Shown one piece after another: positions 8,613 to 17,563 of a DNA stretch of 43,615 bases (positions are counted from its first letter, which is position 1; every line of letters starts with the position of its first letter). Where the stretch lies: the NCBI GenBank assembly GCA_046758705.1, contig JBHIAT010000009.1, forward strand, positions 1-43,615, given 5' to 3'. Origin of the DNA: Candidatus Bipolaricaulia bacterium. Lineage in GTDB: Bacteria > Bipolaricaulota > Bipolaricaulia > JBHIAT01. Made by a program: the position numbers and the translations under genes. The notes below the pieces were generated by a model, which was not told where the DNA came from, did no database searches, and saw nothing but the letters and a program-made list of their open reading frames with translations.

Positions 8613-9302
8613 TTATACGATCTCGACCTGATCCTTCCGTTCGAACCACCGGACGAGCAGCATGCCCACCGCAAATCCGCCGATGTGGGCCAACCACGCC
8701 ACCCCGCCCGCGACCCCGGCGCTGACTGAGTTGAGACCGTAGAACACCTGGAGGAAGATCCAGAACCCGAGCACGAAGCTCGCCGGCAGGGCAATCACCC
8801 GCACGAAGATAAACCACCAGATAAGCGTCCTGACCCGGGCGCGGGGGAAGAGCCGAAGGTAGGCACCGAGGACGCCAGCGATCGCCCCGCTGGCACCGAC
8901 CATTGGCACGAAGGTGGATACGGAACGCGTATTGAAGCCGATATGAGACAGAGCAGCCACCACACCGGCAAGCAGGTAAAACAGCAAAAACCGTCCGTGG
9001 CCCATCCGATCCTCGATATTGTCCCCGAAGATCCACAGATACAGCATATTGCTAAGCAGGTGGAGCCAGCCTCCGTGAAGGAACATCGAGGTGATCAAGG
9101 TGATGTAGGGAGGAACTGCCTCGGACCCGCGAAGGTTTTGAAAATGGGCGATCTCCCACGGAATCGCTCCGAGCTCCACGACCGCCTCTCGCTCGCCGAA
9201 GGTGAGTTCCAACAGGAAGGCGATCACGTTGACGGCGATCAGCGTCCGGGTCACATATGGCGTCGTCAGCGACGGGTTCTCATCCCGGAAGGGGATAAAC
9301 AT
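8613..9302 (-). CDS. Rhomboid family intramembrane serine protease
   Basis: TSMFLHGGWLHLLSNMLYLWIFGDNIED, GASGA catalytic Ser, AHIGGF catalytic His. Confidence 0.95.
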   Translation of the reverse strand: MFIPFRDENPSLTTPYVTRTLIAVNVIAFLLELTFGEREAVVELGAIPWEIAHFQNLRGSEAVPPYITLITSMFLHGGWLHLLSNMLYLWIFGDNIEDRMGHGRFLLFYLLAGVVAALSHIGFNTRSVSTFVPMVGASGAIAGVLGAYLRLFPRARVRTLIWWFIFVRVIALPASFVLGFWIFLQVFYGLNSVSAGVAGGVAWLAHIGGFAVGMLLVRWFERKDQVEIV

Positions 9303-9390
9303 GATTGTCTATCATCTATCCTTATGGCTTGGGTCTGTCTCTGAGTATGCCTCTCAGCTCAGATCATTATAGAGAGTGGGCGATCACCGA

Positions 9391-10296
9391 TCAAACACGT
9401 ACCGCATCGACAATCACCACGTCGATCTGTGATAGGTCGCCGTTGAGGTGGATCTCGAGCCGCTCGGTCATGCTCTCAAAGTTTTCGGAGAGGTAGAGGC
9501 CAGGCTCCGCCTGTGTTAGTCCCTCGAATCGTTTGAGGCTCAAGTCCGTGTCGACACGGACTCGGACGCCCAGTTCACGCGGGATCTTCATCGTGAGTCG
9601 GCTTACATCCAGATCGATATCAACGATCCCAGAGTGAATGCCGAAGTTGATCTCGATATCGCTCACGTTGGCATCGATCTCCAACCGCTCCACATCGAGC
9701 GTTGTCAGGTCTAACCTCGCCCTGGCGACGTCACACCTGAGTGCGAGGCTCAACGGCAGACCGTCGTGGAATCTGAGATTCCAGTCATTTCGGTATCCAC
9801 GCCTGGATAACCGGCCGCGGGCCCTCCCTGTTTGGATCACCTCCAGCCGACCGATCCCATTCTCGATCCGATATCTTGGGTCCAGATCGAACAGATCCGG
9901 GTGATAGTGGACCGTGCCCTCGACCATCCCCTCACCGCCTCCAGCGATCTCGAGCGAGCCATCATGGAAATCGACGGTGATCTCGGCCCGGTCGATCCCC
10001 GCTACGGGCTGGCTCAACTCCATCAGCTTGATCTCTCCAGGGAGCGGCTCGTAGCGGAGGTCGTAGACGACGACGGCACCGATGGCGATCGCCAGGATGA
10101 TGATCGGAGCCAGGATAGGCCCGATCTGGGTGAACGGGTGCAACAACAGCGAGATCCCAATGGCGATCAGCAACGCCGGCCACAGTCGGACGAGATCCCC
10201 CCACAAGTACCAGGGCAGGTAACCGAACTGATTCAGCAGCAGGATGATTCCGACAGCGGCGATCAGCGAACCGAAGATGGTGCGAACCACGCTCAT
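9391..10296 (-). CDS. LiaF-like membrane protein (DUF5668 TM domain plus toast-rack/DUF2154-like domain)
   Basis: GIILLLNQFG...LWPALLIAIGISLL TM motif; beta-rich C-terminus (LYLSENFE); ATG 10296 overlaps the upstream stop. Confidence 0.7.
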   Translation of the reverse strand: MSVVRTIFGSLIAAVGIILLLNQFGYLPWYLWGDLVRLWPALLIAIGISLLLHPFTQIGPILAPIIILAIAIGAVVVYDLRYEPLPGEIKLMELSQPVAGIDRAEITVDFHDGSLEIAGGGEGMVEGTVHYHPDLFDLDPRYRIENGIGRLEVIQTGRARGRLSRRGYRNDWNLRFHDGLPLSLALRCDVARARLDLTTLDVERLEIDANVSDIEINFGIHSGIVDIDLDVSRLTMKIPRELGVRVRVDTDLSLKRFEGLTQAEPGLYLSENFESMTERLEIHLNGDLSQIDVVIVDAVRV

Positions 10297-10814
10297 TCTG
10301 CCTCTCCCCGCCGGATCGTTTTGGCGATCAGCAAGACCCCAATGGCGATCAGCAGCACCGGCCACAGCCGATCGAACCTCAACCGATCAGGAAAGAAGTT
10401 CTGGACCAGGAATATGATCCCGACAGCGATCAAAATGGCTCCAGCGAAGAACCGCGACTCCCGGGGGCGTGCCTCAGAACCCTCAGAACCGGCTTCACTC
10501 ATCACCGTTACCTCCCTCGAGCTCGATTCCGCGCTTTCTGCTTCTGCATGGCCTTCGCCCGCCTCAACCGGCTCAGGATTTTCGGTCCCCTGACCCTGAT
10601 CGTCCGGTTGGATCTGGATCCGTCGAGGCGCTTCGGGGACGAGGATCCATAGCACAGCGTAGATCAACGCCCCGATGAACCAGGCGAAACACAGAACCAC
10701 GAACGCGACCCGGACGAGCACCGGGTCTATTTCGCAGTACTCGGCGAGCCCGCTGGCCACGCCGGCGATCATACGATCATCCCGGGAACGGTACAGTCTC
10801 TTCGTACTTGTCAT
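10293..10814 (-). CDS. pspC: PspC domain protein with C-terminal DUF5668/LiaI-like TM hairpin
   Basis: KRLYRSRDDRMIAGVASGLAEYCEIDPVLVRV; C-terminal LWPVLLIAIGVLL. Confidence 0.88.
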   Translation of the reverse strand: MTSTKRLYRSRDDRMIAGVASGLAEYCEIDPVLVRVAFVVLCFAWFIGALIYAVLWILVPEAPRRIQIQPDDQGQGTENPEPVEAGEGHAEAESAESSSREVTVMSEAGSEGSEARPRESRFFAGAILIAVGIIFLVQNFFPDRLRFDRLWPVLLIAIGVLLIAKTIRRGEAE

Positions 10815-11989
10815 AACTCATCAACCTCTGTGTTCCAGGCCTCCACCCGATCGGCGACCTCTGCGATTGAGTCACCGCCAAACTTCTCCAGGAAAGCATC
10901 AGCGAGCACCAACGCCAGGATCGCCTCGCCGATCACCGAGGCGGCCGGGACGGCGCAGACGTCAGAGCGCTCCCGGTGGGCTTTGACCGGCTGTTTGGTG
11001 AGCAGGTCAACCGAGATGAGTGGCCGCATTAACGTAGAGAGTGGCTTCATCGCCACCCGGACGAGCACCGGTGCTCCGCTGGTCATCCCGCCTTCGATCC
11101 CACCGGCGTTGTTCGTGTTGCGGTGGAAGCCGTGCTTCTCATCGTAGTAGATCTCGTCGTGAACCTCCGCGCCCCACAGGGCGGCCGCCTCCCTGCCGAT
11201 GCCGATCTCGACCGCCTTCATCGCCGGGATGGTCATCATCGCCTGGGTGATCCGGCCTTCGAGCTTTCGATCCCAATGGACATGACTCCCCAGGCCGATC
11301 GGCACGCCGGTTGCGATCACCTCGAAGACACCACCGACCGAGTTTCCCTCCCGCTTCGCCCGATCGATCCGAGCAATCATCTCCGTCTCGGCGTTTGGGT
11401 CGAGGCAGCGGACCGGAGAGCGATCGGCTCGCTCGTTGAACGAATCGATATCACGGGTGTCATCATCGAGTTCGTTGAACGTCGAGGCGATCACATCCCG
11501 TAGCTGAACCACATGACTGCCGATTGCGACCCCCAATGCTTGGATAAATTGCCGGGCGACCGAGGCGATCGCCACCCGCATCGTCGTCTCCCGAGCGCTC
11601 GAGCGCTCCAGCACATTTCGGATGTCCCTATGTCGATACTTGAGGCTACCGGCGAGGTCGGCGTGGCCGGGGCGTGCGACGGTCACCGGCTTGGGGTTAC
11701 GGGGCGCTTCGAACGGGTCCATCTGCTCGCTCCAGTTCTCCCAATCCCGGTTCCACACAAGCAGAGCGATCGGACTTCCCAACATCTTTCCGAACCGAAG
11801 TCCGGAGAGAATCTCGACCTCATCCTGTTCGATCCTCATCCGGCCGCCGCGCCCATATCCCCCTTGACGACGCCTCAATTGGTGATTGATCGCCGCGACA
11901 TCAATCTTGAGCCCGGCGGGCATCCCCTCCAGGATACCGACAAGCGCCCGCCCATGTGATTCCCCAGCGGTCAGGTAACGCAATGGCAT
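10811..11989 (-). CDS. aroC: Chorismate synthase
   Basis: LRYLTAGESHG, RPGHADL, ERSSARET, NNAGGIEGGMT, RERSDVCAVPAA. Confidence 0.98.
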   Translation of the reverse strand: MPLRYLTAGESHGRALVGILEGMPAGLKIDVAAINHQLRRRQGGYGRGGRMRIEQDEVEILSGLRFGKMLGSPIALLVWNRDWENWSEQMDPFEAPRNPKPVTVARPGHADLAGSLKYRHRDIRNVLERSSARETTMRVAIASVARQFIQALGVAIGSHVVQLRDVIASTFNELDDDTRDIDSFNERADRSPVRCLDPNAETEMIARIDRAKREGNSVGGVFEVIATGVPIGLGSHVHWDRKLEGRITQAMMTIPAMKAVEIGIGREAAALWGAEVHDEIYYDEKHGFHRNTNNAGGIEGGMTSGAPVLVRVAMKPLSTLMRPLISVDLLTKQPVKAHRERSDVCAVPAASVIGEAILALVLADAFLEKFGGDSIAEVADRVEAWNTEVDEL

Positions 11990-12051
11990 AACAGCCTGTC
12001 CCCTTCTCCTTTACTATACAGCTTGCTCTTATGGCAATCAACAGCCGGCCA

Positions 12052-13347
12052 TCACTGGGTCAGCGACTCCAGAAGGTCGAAGAACCCCGGAAATGAGATG
12101 TCGACCCACTCGGCATCCCGGACGGTGGTCTCCCCATCGGTGGCGAGGCCAGCGACGGCGAACGCCATCGCGATCCGATGGTCTGCGAAACTGCTGACCG
12201 TCGTTCCGTGCAGTGGCCGGCCTCCCTCGATGACCATCCCGTCCTCCCGCTCCTCGACTCGCGCGCCCATGCGCCGCAATCCCTCGACCATCGCTCGAAT
12301 TCGGTCCGTTTCCTTGACCCGCAGCTCACCGGCGTCACGGACCGTCGTCTTGCCGTGTGCACACGCGGCAGCGACGGCCAGGAGCGGGATCTCATCGATG
12401 AGCCTCGGGATCAGTTCCCCGCCAATCTCGATCCCGCGAAGCTCCGACGATCTGACAACCAGGTCAGCCCGCGGCTCCAGATTATGCGCCCGTCGGTTTC
12501 TGATTGAGACCTCAGCGCCCATTTCCCCAAGCACGTCGAGGAGCCCAGTGCGGGTTTCGTTGACTCCAACCCCGGGCAACGTCAGCGCCGAGTTCTGGGT
12601 GATCAGTGCTGCGGTGATCAGGAACGCAGCCGAGGAGAGATCGCCAGGGATCGAGATCGGCCGGGCGACCGGTTGTGCTCCTCTGGTAAGGGTGACCTGG
12701 TTGCCGCGTCCCGGGCTGCGACGCTCCTCCACCTCGACACCCAGATAGCGGAGCATCCGCTCGGTATGATCCCGGGAGATCGCCGGCTCGACGACCGTCG
12801 TCCTCCCAGCAGCATAGAGTCCGGCGAGCAACACGCAAGACTTGACCTGAGCGCTGGCGATCCGGGGCCGATAGGTGGTCGCCCGCAGGTGGCCGCCCGA
12901 GATGATCAGCGGAGCAAACCGATCGTCCACCCCGTGGACCTCTGCGCCCATCGCCTCGAGCGGCTCGATGATCCGGTCCATCGGCCGCCGCCTCAGTTGT
13001 TCGTCACCGGTGATCGTCGTCGTAAACCGCTGACCGGCCAGGAGCCCGGCGATCAGGCGGATCGTTGTTCCCGAGTTCCCGGCATCGAGTTCTCGGTCGG
13101 GCTGTTTCAGGCCTCTCAGACTGCAGCCAGCAATGCGGGTTACGTCACCGGCCGTCTCTACGGTCACGCCTAACGCGCTGACGCACTCGGCAGTGCTACG
13201 GAGATCTCCTCCCGATGCCAGCCCGGTGATGTTTGTCTGGTCTCGGGCCACGGCACCAAGCAGCAGTGCCCGGTGGGAGATCGATTTATCGCCGGGAACG
13301 CTTGCCTCACCTCTCAATCCGCCGATCGGTCTGATATGCGCATCCAT
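12052..13347 (-). CDS. aroA: 3-phosphoshikimate 1-carboxyvinyltransferase (EPSP synthase, class II)
   Basis: PGDKSISHRA, DAGNSGTT, ASAQVKS, RDHTERML, LRVKETDRI, DHRIAMAF; start 13347 or GTG 13356. Confidence 0.98.
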   Translation of the reverse strand: MDAHIRPIGGLRGEASVPGDKSISHRALLLGAVARDQTNITGLASGGDLRSTAECVSALGVTVETAGDVTRIAGCSLRGLKQPDRELDAGNSGTTIRLIAGLLAGQRFTTTITGDEQLRRRPMDRIIEPLEAMGAEVHGVDDRFAPLIISGGHLRATTYRPRIASAQVKSCVLLAGLYAAGRTTVVEPAISRDHTERMLRYLGVEVEERRSPGRGNQVTLTRGAQPVARPISIPGDLSSAAFLITAALITQNSALTLPGVGVNETRTGLLDVLGEMGAEVSIRNRRAHNLEPRADLVVRSSELRGIEIGGELIPRLIDEIPLLAVAAACAHGKTTVRDAGELRVKETDRIRAMVEGLRRMGARVEEREDGMVIEGGRPLHGTTVSSFADHRIAMAFAVAGLATDGETTVRDAEWVDISFPGFFDLLESLTQ

Positions 13348-13374
13348 GGGGATCACCGCTCTGGCCAGGCTCGA

Positions 13375-14484
13375 TCAACTGATCATACGGCTCTCAAACC
13401 TGCATCCGTTCAGAATCCGGACGGCACGCTCGGCCTCATCTCGGGACTCCAGGTGGAGATGAAATGTCCCGCCGACGTTCTCCCGGACCTTCAGCAGTTC
13501 GATATCCTTGATGTTCATTCCGGCCTCATAGAGGGCGGTGGTGATCTTGGCGAGGCTGCCGGGACGATCGGGTGCGGTCACCGCGACCCGGTGGAGCGGT
13601 CGGATGATTCCCTTGGATCGTTCGGGGATCTCACCCCGGAACGCTAGGGCGCATTCGAACCGCTCCTGTAGATCCCTCAAGGCCCTCTGGGGCGCTTTGA
13701 GTGCCCCTTTGAGTTCGATCAGGTAACCGATGAGGTCGTCGATCGCTCGGCCGACCGCCTCGTGATTGCTCTTCAGGATGTCTTCCCAAATCGCGTATGG
13801 GGAGGAGGCGATCCGGGTCAGATCTTTAAACCCACCCGCGGCGAGCTCCCGATACTGTTTCTGGTCTTGCTTCTGATTCCCGACCAAGTTGACCAGGGAG
13901 ACGGCGAGCAGTTGGGGCAGGTGACTGACGTAAGCGACGACTCGGTCGTGGAACTCGGGGTCCATGTAGGTCACCTGGGCACCGAGCCGGGCCAGGAAGG
14001 CAGCGAGTGTCTCCAGCCGCTCATCCGGCTCCCCGGCGGACGGTGTCAGCACGTAGACAGCGTTCTCGAACATAAACGGGTCGGCCCCGCTCAGCCCTTG
14101 AACCTCCGAGCCGGTCATCGGATGTCCACCAACGAACTGGGATGGGAGGTGTCGGCGCGCGACCGCACAGATCCGGGCCTTGGTCGAGCCGACATCCGAG
14201 ATGAGAGTCTGCGTTTCGGCTTCGATCCACCGGGGGAGCTGTCTCAAGAGTGCGAGGATTGCGTCGATCGGGGTAGCCAGGAAGATATAGTCAGCGTCCC
14301 GGACCCCGTCGCGGAGTTCGATCGTCCCTCGGTCGATCGCCCCGATCTGGCACGCCTCATCGATGATGGCCGGATCCCGATCGACCCCGACGACTTCGCA
14401 CTCCGGATGGAACCGCTTGACAGCCAGCCCCAGGGAACCGCCGATCAGTCCCACCCCGACGATCGTGACCTTCGTTGGCATCAT
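13375..14484 (-). CDS. tyrA: Prephenate/arogenate dehydrogenase with C-terminal ACT domain
   Basis: GVGLIGGS, DVGSTK, GGHPMTGSE, HDRVVAYVSHLPQL, PDRPGSLA ACT domain. Confidence 0.95.
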   Translation of the reverse strand: MMPTKVTIVGVGLIGGSLGLAVKRFHPECEVVGVDRDPAIIDEACQIGAIDRGTIELRDGVRDADYIFLATPIDAILALLRQLPRWIEAETQTLISDVGSTKARICAVARRHLPSQFVGGHPMTGSEVQGLSGADPFMFENAVYVLTPSAGEPDERLETLAAFLARLGAQVTYMDPEFHDRVVAYVSHLPQLLAVSLVNLVGNQKQDQKQYRELAAGGFKDLTRIASSPYAIWEDILKSNHEAVGRAIDDLIGYLIELKGALKAPQRALRDLQERFECALAFRGEIPERSKGIIRPLHRVAVTAPDRPGSLAKITTALYEAGMNIKDIELLKVRENVGGTFHLHLESRDEAERAVRILNGCRFESRMIS

Positions 14485-15524
14485 GTTGGCGATGGAGAGG
14501 CACGACGGTAGAGCCCCCGACCGATGGCAGCGCTGATCTTCTCGACCTCCTCCGTCATCTCAGCGAACTGCGACGGGTAGAGGGACTGGGCCCCATCGCT
14601 CAGCGCCGTCTCCGGATCGTGGTGGACCTCAACGATCAGACCATCAGCGCCGGCGGCGATGGCCGCCCGGGCCATCGGGACTACCCTGTCCCGGATCCCC
14701 ACACCGTGGCTCGGATCGACGATGATTGGCAGATGGCTGAGCTTCTTCACCGTCGGGACGGTCGCCAGCGGCAGGGTGAATCGGGTGTGGTCTTCGAAGG
14801 TGCGGATACCGCGTTCACAGAGGATGATCCGGTGGTTGCCCTCGGCCATAATGTACTCCGCCGAGGCAAGGAACTCCCGGATGGTGGCCGACATCCCACG
14901 CTTGAGCAACACCGGCTTGTCGATCTCTCCCAATGCTTTGAGCAGGTTGAAGTTCTGCATGTTTCGGGCACCGATCTGAAAGATGTCAGCGTAAGCGCCG
15001 ACGGTCTCGATCTGGTTGACCTCCATCACCTCGGTGACCATGAGCAGTCCGTTGTCATCGGCAGCTCTCCGCATCAACTTCAAGCCTGTCTCTCCCAGCC
15101 CCTGGAAGCTGTAGGGCGATGTCCGGGGCTTAAACGCCCCGCCGCGCAAGATCACCGCCCCCGACTCGGCGACCGTAGCAGCGACACGGCTGATCTGTGC
15201 TTCGCTCTCGACCGAGCAGGGTCCGGCGATCACCACCACCTCTACCCCGCCGATCCTGACATCTTTGACCTCGATCACCGTCCCTGGCGGGTTGAAGGCG
15301 CGGCTGGCCAGTTTATAGGGTTCGGTCACCCGGATGACCTCGCGGACGCCATCGTTCAGCACCTCGATATCCCTTGGGTCGACGCCGCGCGTGTCGCCGA
15401 TGACCCCCAAGATCGTCCGATCGACCCCCTCGGAGGGGTGGACCTTGAACCCCCACTCGACCAACTTGGCCTCTACCTCGCGGATCTGTTCCTCGGTGGC
15501 GTCAGGCTCCATCACAACGATCAT
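14481..15524 (-). CDS. aroF: DAHP synthase type I-beta with N-terminal ACT-like domain
   Basis: MIVVM start overlapping the CM stop; IAGPCSVES, RGGAFKPRTSPYSFQG, QIGARNMQNF, DPSHG, ALSDGAQSL. Confidence 0.97.
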   Translation of the reverse strand: MIVVMEPDATEEQIREVEAKLVEWGFKVHPSEGVDRTILGVIGDTRGVDPRDIEVLNDGVREVIRVTEPYKLASRAFNPPGTVIEVKDVRIGGVEVVVIAGPCSVESEAQISRVAATVAESGAVILRGGAFKPRTSPYSFQGLGETGLKLMRRAADDNGLLMVTEVMEVNQIETVGAYADIFQIGARNMQNFNLLKALGEIDKPVLLKRGMSATIREFLASAEYIMAEGNHRIILCERGIRTFEDHTRFTLPLATVPTVKKLSHLPIIVDPSHGVGIRDRVVPMARAAIAAGADGLIVEVHHDPETALSDGAQSLYPSQFAEMTEEVEKISAAIGRGLYRRASPSPT

Positions 15525-15790
15525 CACAATCCCTCCCCGGACTCGATCCGACGAGACTCCTCGATCACCACCTTGAAGATTCGGACCACCACCTCGTCGT
15601 TTAACGGGCCACGGTTCTCCGCAACGACCCGGCTCAGGATCTCCGCCTCCCGCTCCGGTGCGTGGACCTCCATCCCTCGTTCCCCTTTCAGCCGACCGAT
15701 GTTCCGGGCGCACTCGGCCCGGCGGTTGAGCAACCGGAGGATCTCCAAATCCAGCTCGTCTATCCGGGCTCGCCAACCGTCGATATCCAT
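15524..15790 (-). CDS. Chorismate mutase (AroQ type)
   Basis: WRARIDELDLEILRLLNRRAECARNIGRLK..PERE. Confidence 0.92.
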   Translation of the reverse strand: MDIDGWRARIDELDLEILRLLNRRAECARNIGRLKGERGMEVHAPEREAEILSRVVAENRGPLNDEVVVRIFKVVIEESRRIESGEGL

Positions 15791-15800
15791 GGGTTCAACT

Positions 15801-15830
15801 ATTTTAAAGATTCTCGAGTACATTTGTCAA
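15801..15830 (-). promoter_or_regulatory. Putative sigma70 promoter of the aro operon (near-leaderless first gene)
   Basis: TTGACA-18 nt-TAAAAT, only 10 nt before the ATG, no SD. Confidence 0.6.
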
Positions 15831-15851
15831 TTCCGATGGCTGGGGACCGGC

Positions 15852-15881
15852 TTGAAAATTCCTCTCCCCAGACGATAGGAT
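15852..15881 (+). promoter_or_regulatory. Putative sigma70 promoter driving the HEARO-like element and NDP-sugar synthase
   Basis: TTGAAA (15852-57)-18 nt-TAGGAT (15876-81). Confidence 0.5.
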
Positions 15882-15905
15882 CAGATAATAAAGTACAGTA
15901 CAGAT

Positions 15906-16291
15906 GTCAACGACCCGCCCCCTGAAGGAGGTGGGCTTGCGATGGTGGTAGCAACGCAAGCGTTGACTATGAGGAGTTCCTATGCGAACTAAACGCGGTA
16001 CGGGCTACAAGGACGGCAGGATGCGGACTGAGCTTACAGTCGTCCGAAGTTTGGATGCCCTAGTCCTGCCCACTCCGGCAGAACCACTGAATGTCACGGC
16101 TGCCGATGTTAGCAGACTAAGCCTGTATGGCCACCTCGAAGGGCACGCTACAGGTTTGGCGGGAGCCTGGCCGAATACCGGCACCCAATCCCGCCACGCA
16201 ATTATATCAGGAGGTAGGTACAAGCCCTAACGGGCTTGCGGCCAATTCCCCTCGCCCCCTGACCGGGGCGAGTCCCCTTGGCCGAACTCCT
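15906..16291 (+). mobile_element. Non-autonomous IS200/IS605-family element carrying a HEARO/omega-RNA-like ncRNA, with no IscB/TnpB/TnpA ORF
   Basis: 5' end GTCAACGACCCGCCCCCTGAAGGAGGTGGGCTTG..CAAGCGTTGAC; internal GGATGCCCTAGTCC..CACTCCG and TCGAAGGG; 3' hairpin AATTCCCCTCGCCCCCTGACCGGGGCGAGTCCCC. Confidence 0.75.
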
Positions 16292-17563
16292 ATGGACGCC
16301 ATCAAAGACCTCACCGTGATCCTGCCGGCTGGTGGACAGGGGACCCGGCTGTTCCCGTTGACGATCGACCGGTCCAAATCACTGATCCGGATCGGGAACA
16401 AGCCGATCATCTACCTGATCGCTGAGGAACTGGCCCGCCAGGGCTGCCGTGAGTTCATCCTGGCACTCCAGGGGACGATGAACCGCAGCCAGTTGAAGAT
16501 GGCGTTCGAGCACGGAGAGGGATTCTCACGGATGTTGAACCTCGAGCCGGAGGCGGAGTTCATGATGTCACCACCGTACGAGAACGTCGGAAACGCCGAC
16601 GCGATCCGCATTGTCATGAGGTACTACAACATCACCCGAGAGACCCTGGTCGTCATGGGGGACAGCGTCGTCAACCTCGACCTGGACTCGCTGCTCGAGA
16701 CCCATCATCGCCAGGATGCCCTGCTGACGATCGCGCTGTGGGAGGTCGAGGACACCACCGGATTTGGGGTCGCCCAACTGGCGGAGGACGGGCGCATCGA
16801 GACGTTCGTCGAGAAACCTCCCCCGGAGAAGGCACCGTCCAACCTGGCGAACTCCGGGATCTACGTCCTCTCCCCAGAGTTTTGCAACTACTTCGATGAT
16901 CCTTGGATCCAAGCCCAGATCGAGAGCGGCTTCTTCGATATGGGCTACCACATGATCCCGTTCCTGGTCGAGGAGACGGATCGCGTCTACGGATGGAACC
17001 TCTCTGCCCACAAGAGCCCTTATTGGAATGACGTCGGGTCGCCGGAACGATATCGTGAGACGACCCAAGATATCCTGATGGGACGGATCCAGAACGTCGA
17101 GTTCGGGCCCGAGATCGCACCCGGAATCCACATGGACGAGACAACCCAGCGACGCAACGCCAAGGGCCTCCAAGCCGGGAACATTATCTTTCGGGGCCGG
17201 GCTCTGATCGGTAAACACTCCCTTATCGGCCCGGATGCGGTGATCGAGAACTCCGTGATCGGGGATACCTGCGTCATCGAAGCCGGCTCTGAGATCGTCA
17301 ACTCGACGATCATGGGCCAGACCTACATCGGCCGAGGGGTGAGGGCCCACGGGACGATCATCGGCGCGGTCTGCTCGATCGGTGAGGGCTCTCACCTCCG
17401 CAATGGCAGTGTGATCGGCCATGGATCGATGATCGCTCCCGGTTCGGTGATCGGCGAGCATGAGATGGTCGCCCCCCGGGAGGCAGTCCATACCATCTTG
17501 GAGACGGGTCAGTACAACGTCGTCGGCAGCGATCAGACGAACATCTACTTCTATCGCAAGTAG
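16292..17563 (+). CDS. NDP-sugar synthase (mannose-1-phosphate guanylyltransferase/GlgC-like) with left-handed beta-helix
   Basis: VILPAGGQGTRLFPLT..RSK, GFGVA..FVEKP, ANSGIYVL, YWNDVG, C-terminal hexapeptide repeats. Confidence 0.9.
   Translation: MDAIKDLTVILPAGGQGTRLFPLTIDRSKSLIRIGNKPIIYLIAEELARQGCREFILALQGTMNRSQLKMAFEHGEGFSRMLNLEPEAEFMMSPPYENVGNADAIRIVMRYYNITRETLVVMGDSVVNLDLDSLLETHHRQDALLTIALWEVEDTTGFGVAQLAEDGRIETFVEKPPPEKAPSNLANSGIYVLSPEFCNYFDDPWIQAQIESGFFDMGYHMIPFLVEETDRVYGWNLSAHKSPYWNDVGSPERYRETTQDILMGRIQNVEFGPEIAPGIHMDETTQRRNAKGLQAGNIIFRGRALIGKHSLIGPDAVIENSVIGDTCVIEAGSEIVNSTIMGQTYIGRGVRAHGTIIGAVCSIGEGSHLRNGSVIGHGSMIAPGSVIGEHEMVAPREAVHTILETGQYNVVGSDQTNIYFYRK

Noticed and set aside
8521-9036. 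Long N-terminal extension of the LPP20 ORF
   Set aside because: Overlaps the rhomboid in another frame; RBS, promoter and lipobox define the start at 8520
15525-15776. Apparent aroF N-terminal extension or CM-DAHPS fusion
   Set aside because: Chorismate mutase is in a different frame with its own stop; the genes are coupled by TGATG, not fused
14475-15878. Long antisense ORFs (e.g. 467 aa here; also 3271-4266, 23314-24252, 30253-31353)
   Set aside because: Shadow frames of well-supported genes in GC-rich DNA with no protein motifs
15982-16230. 82-aa ORF (MRTKRGTGYK...) with GAGGAG upstream inside the IS605-like element
   Set aside because: No PLMP/RuvC/HNH/HUH motifs and it overlaps predicted RNA stems; most likely incidental, though a small peptide cannot be excluded
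16127-16291. N-terminal extension of the NDP-sugar synthase in the ORF track
   Set aside because: It is translation of the mobile element; the family N-terminus begins at MDAIKDLTVILPAGG (16292)
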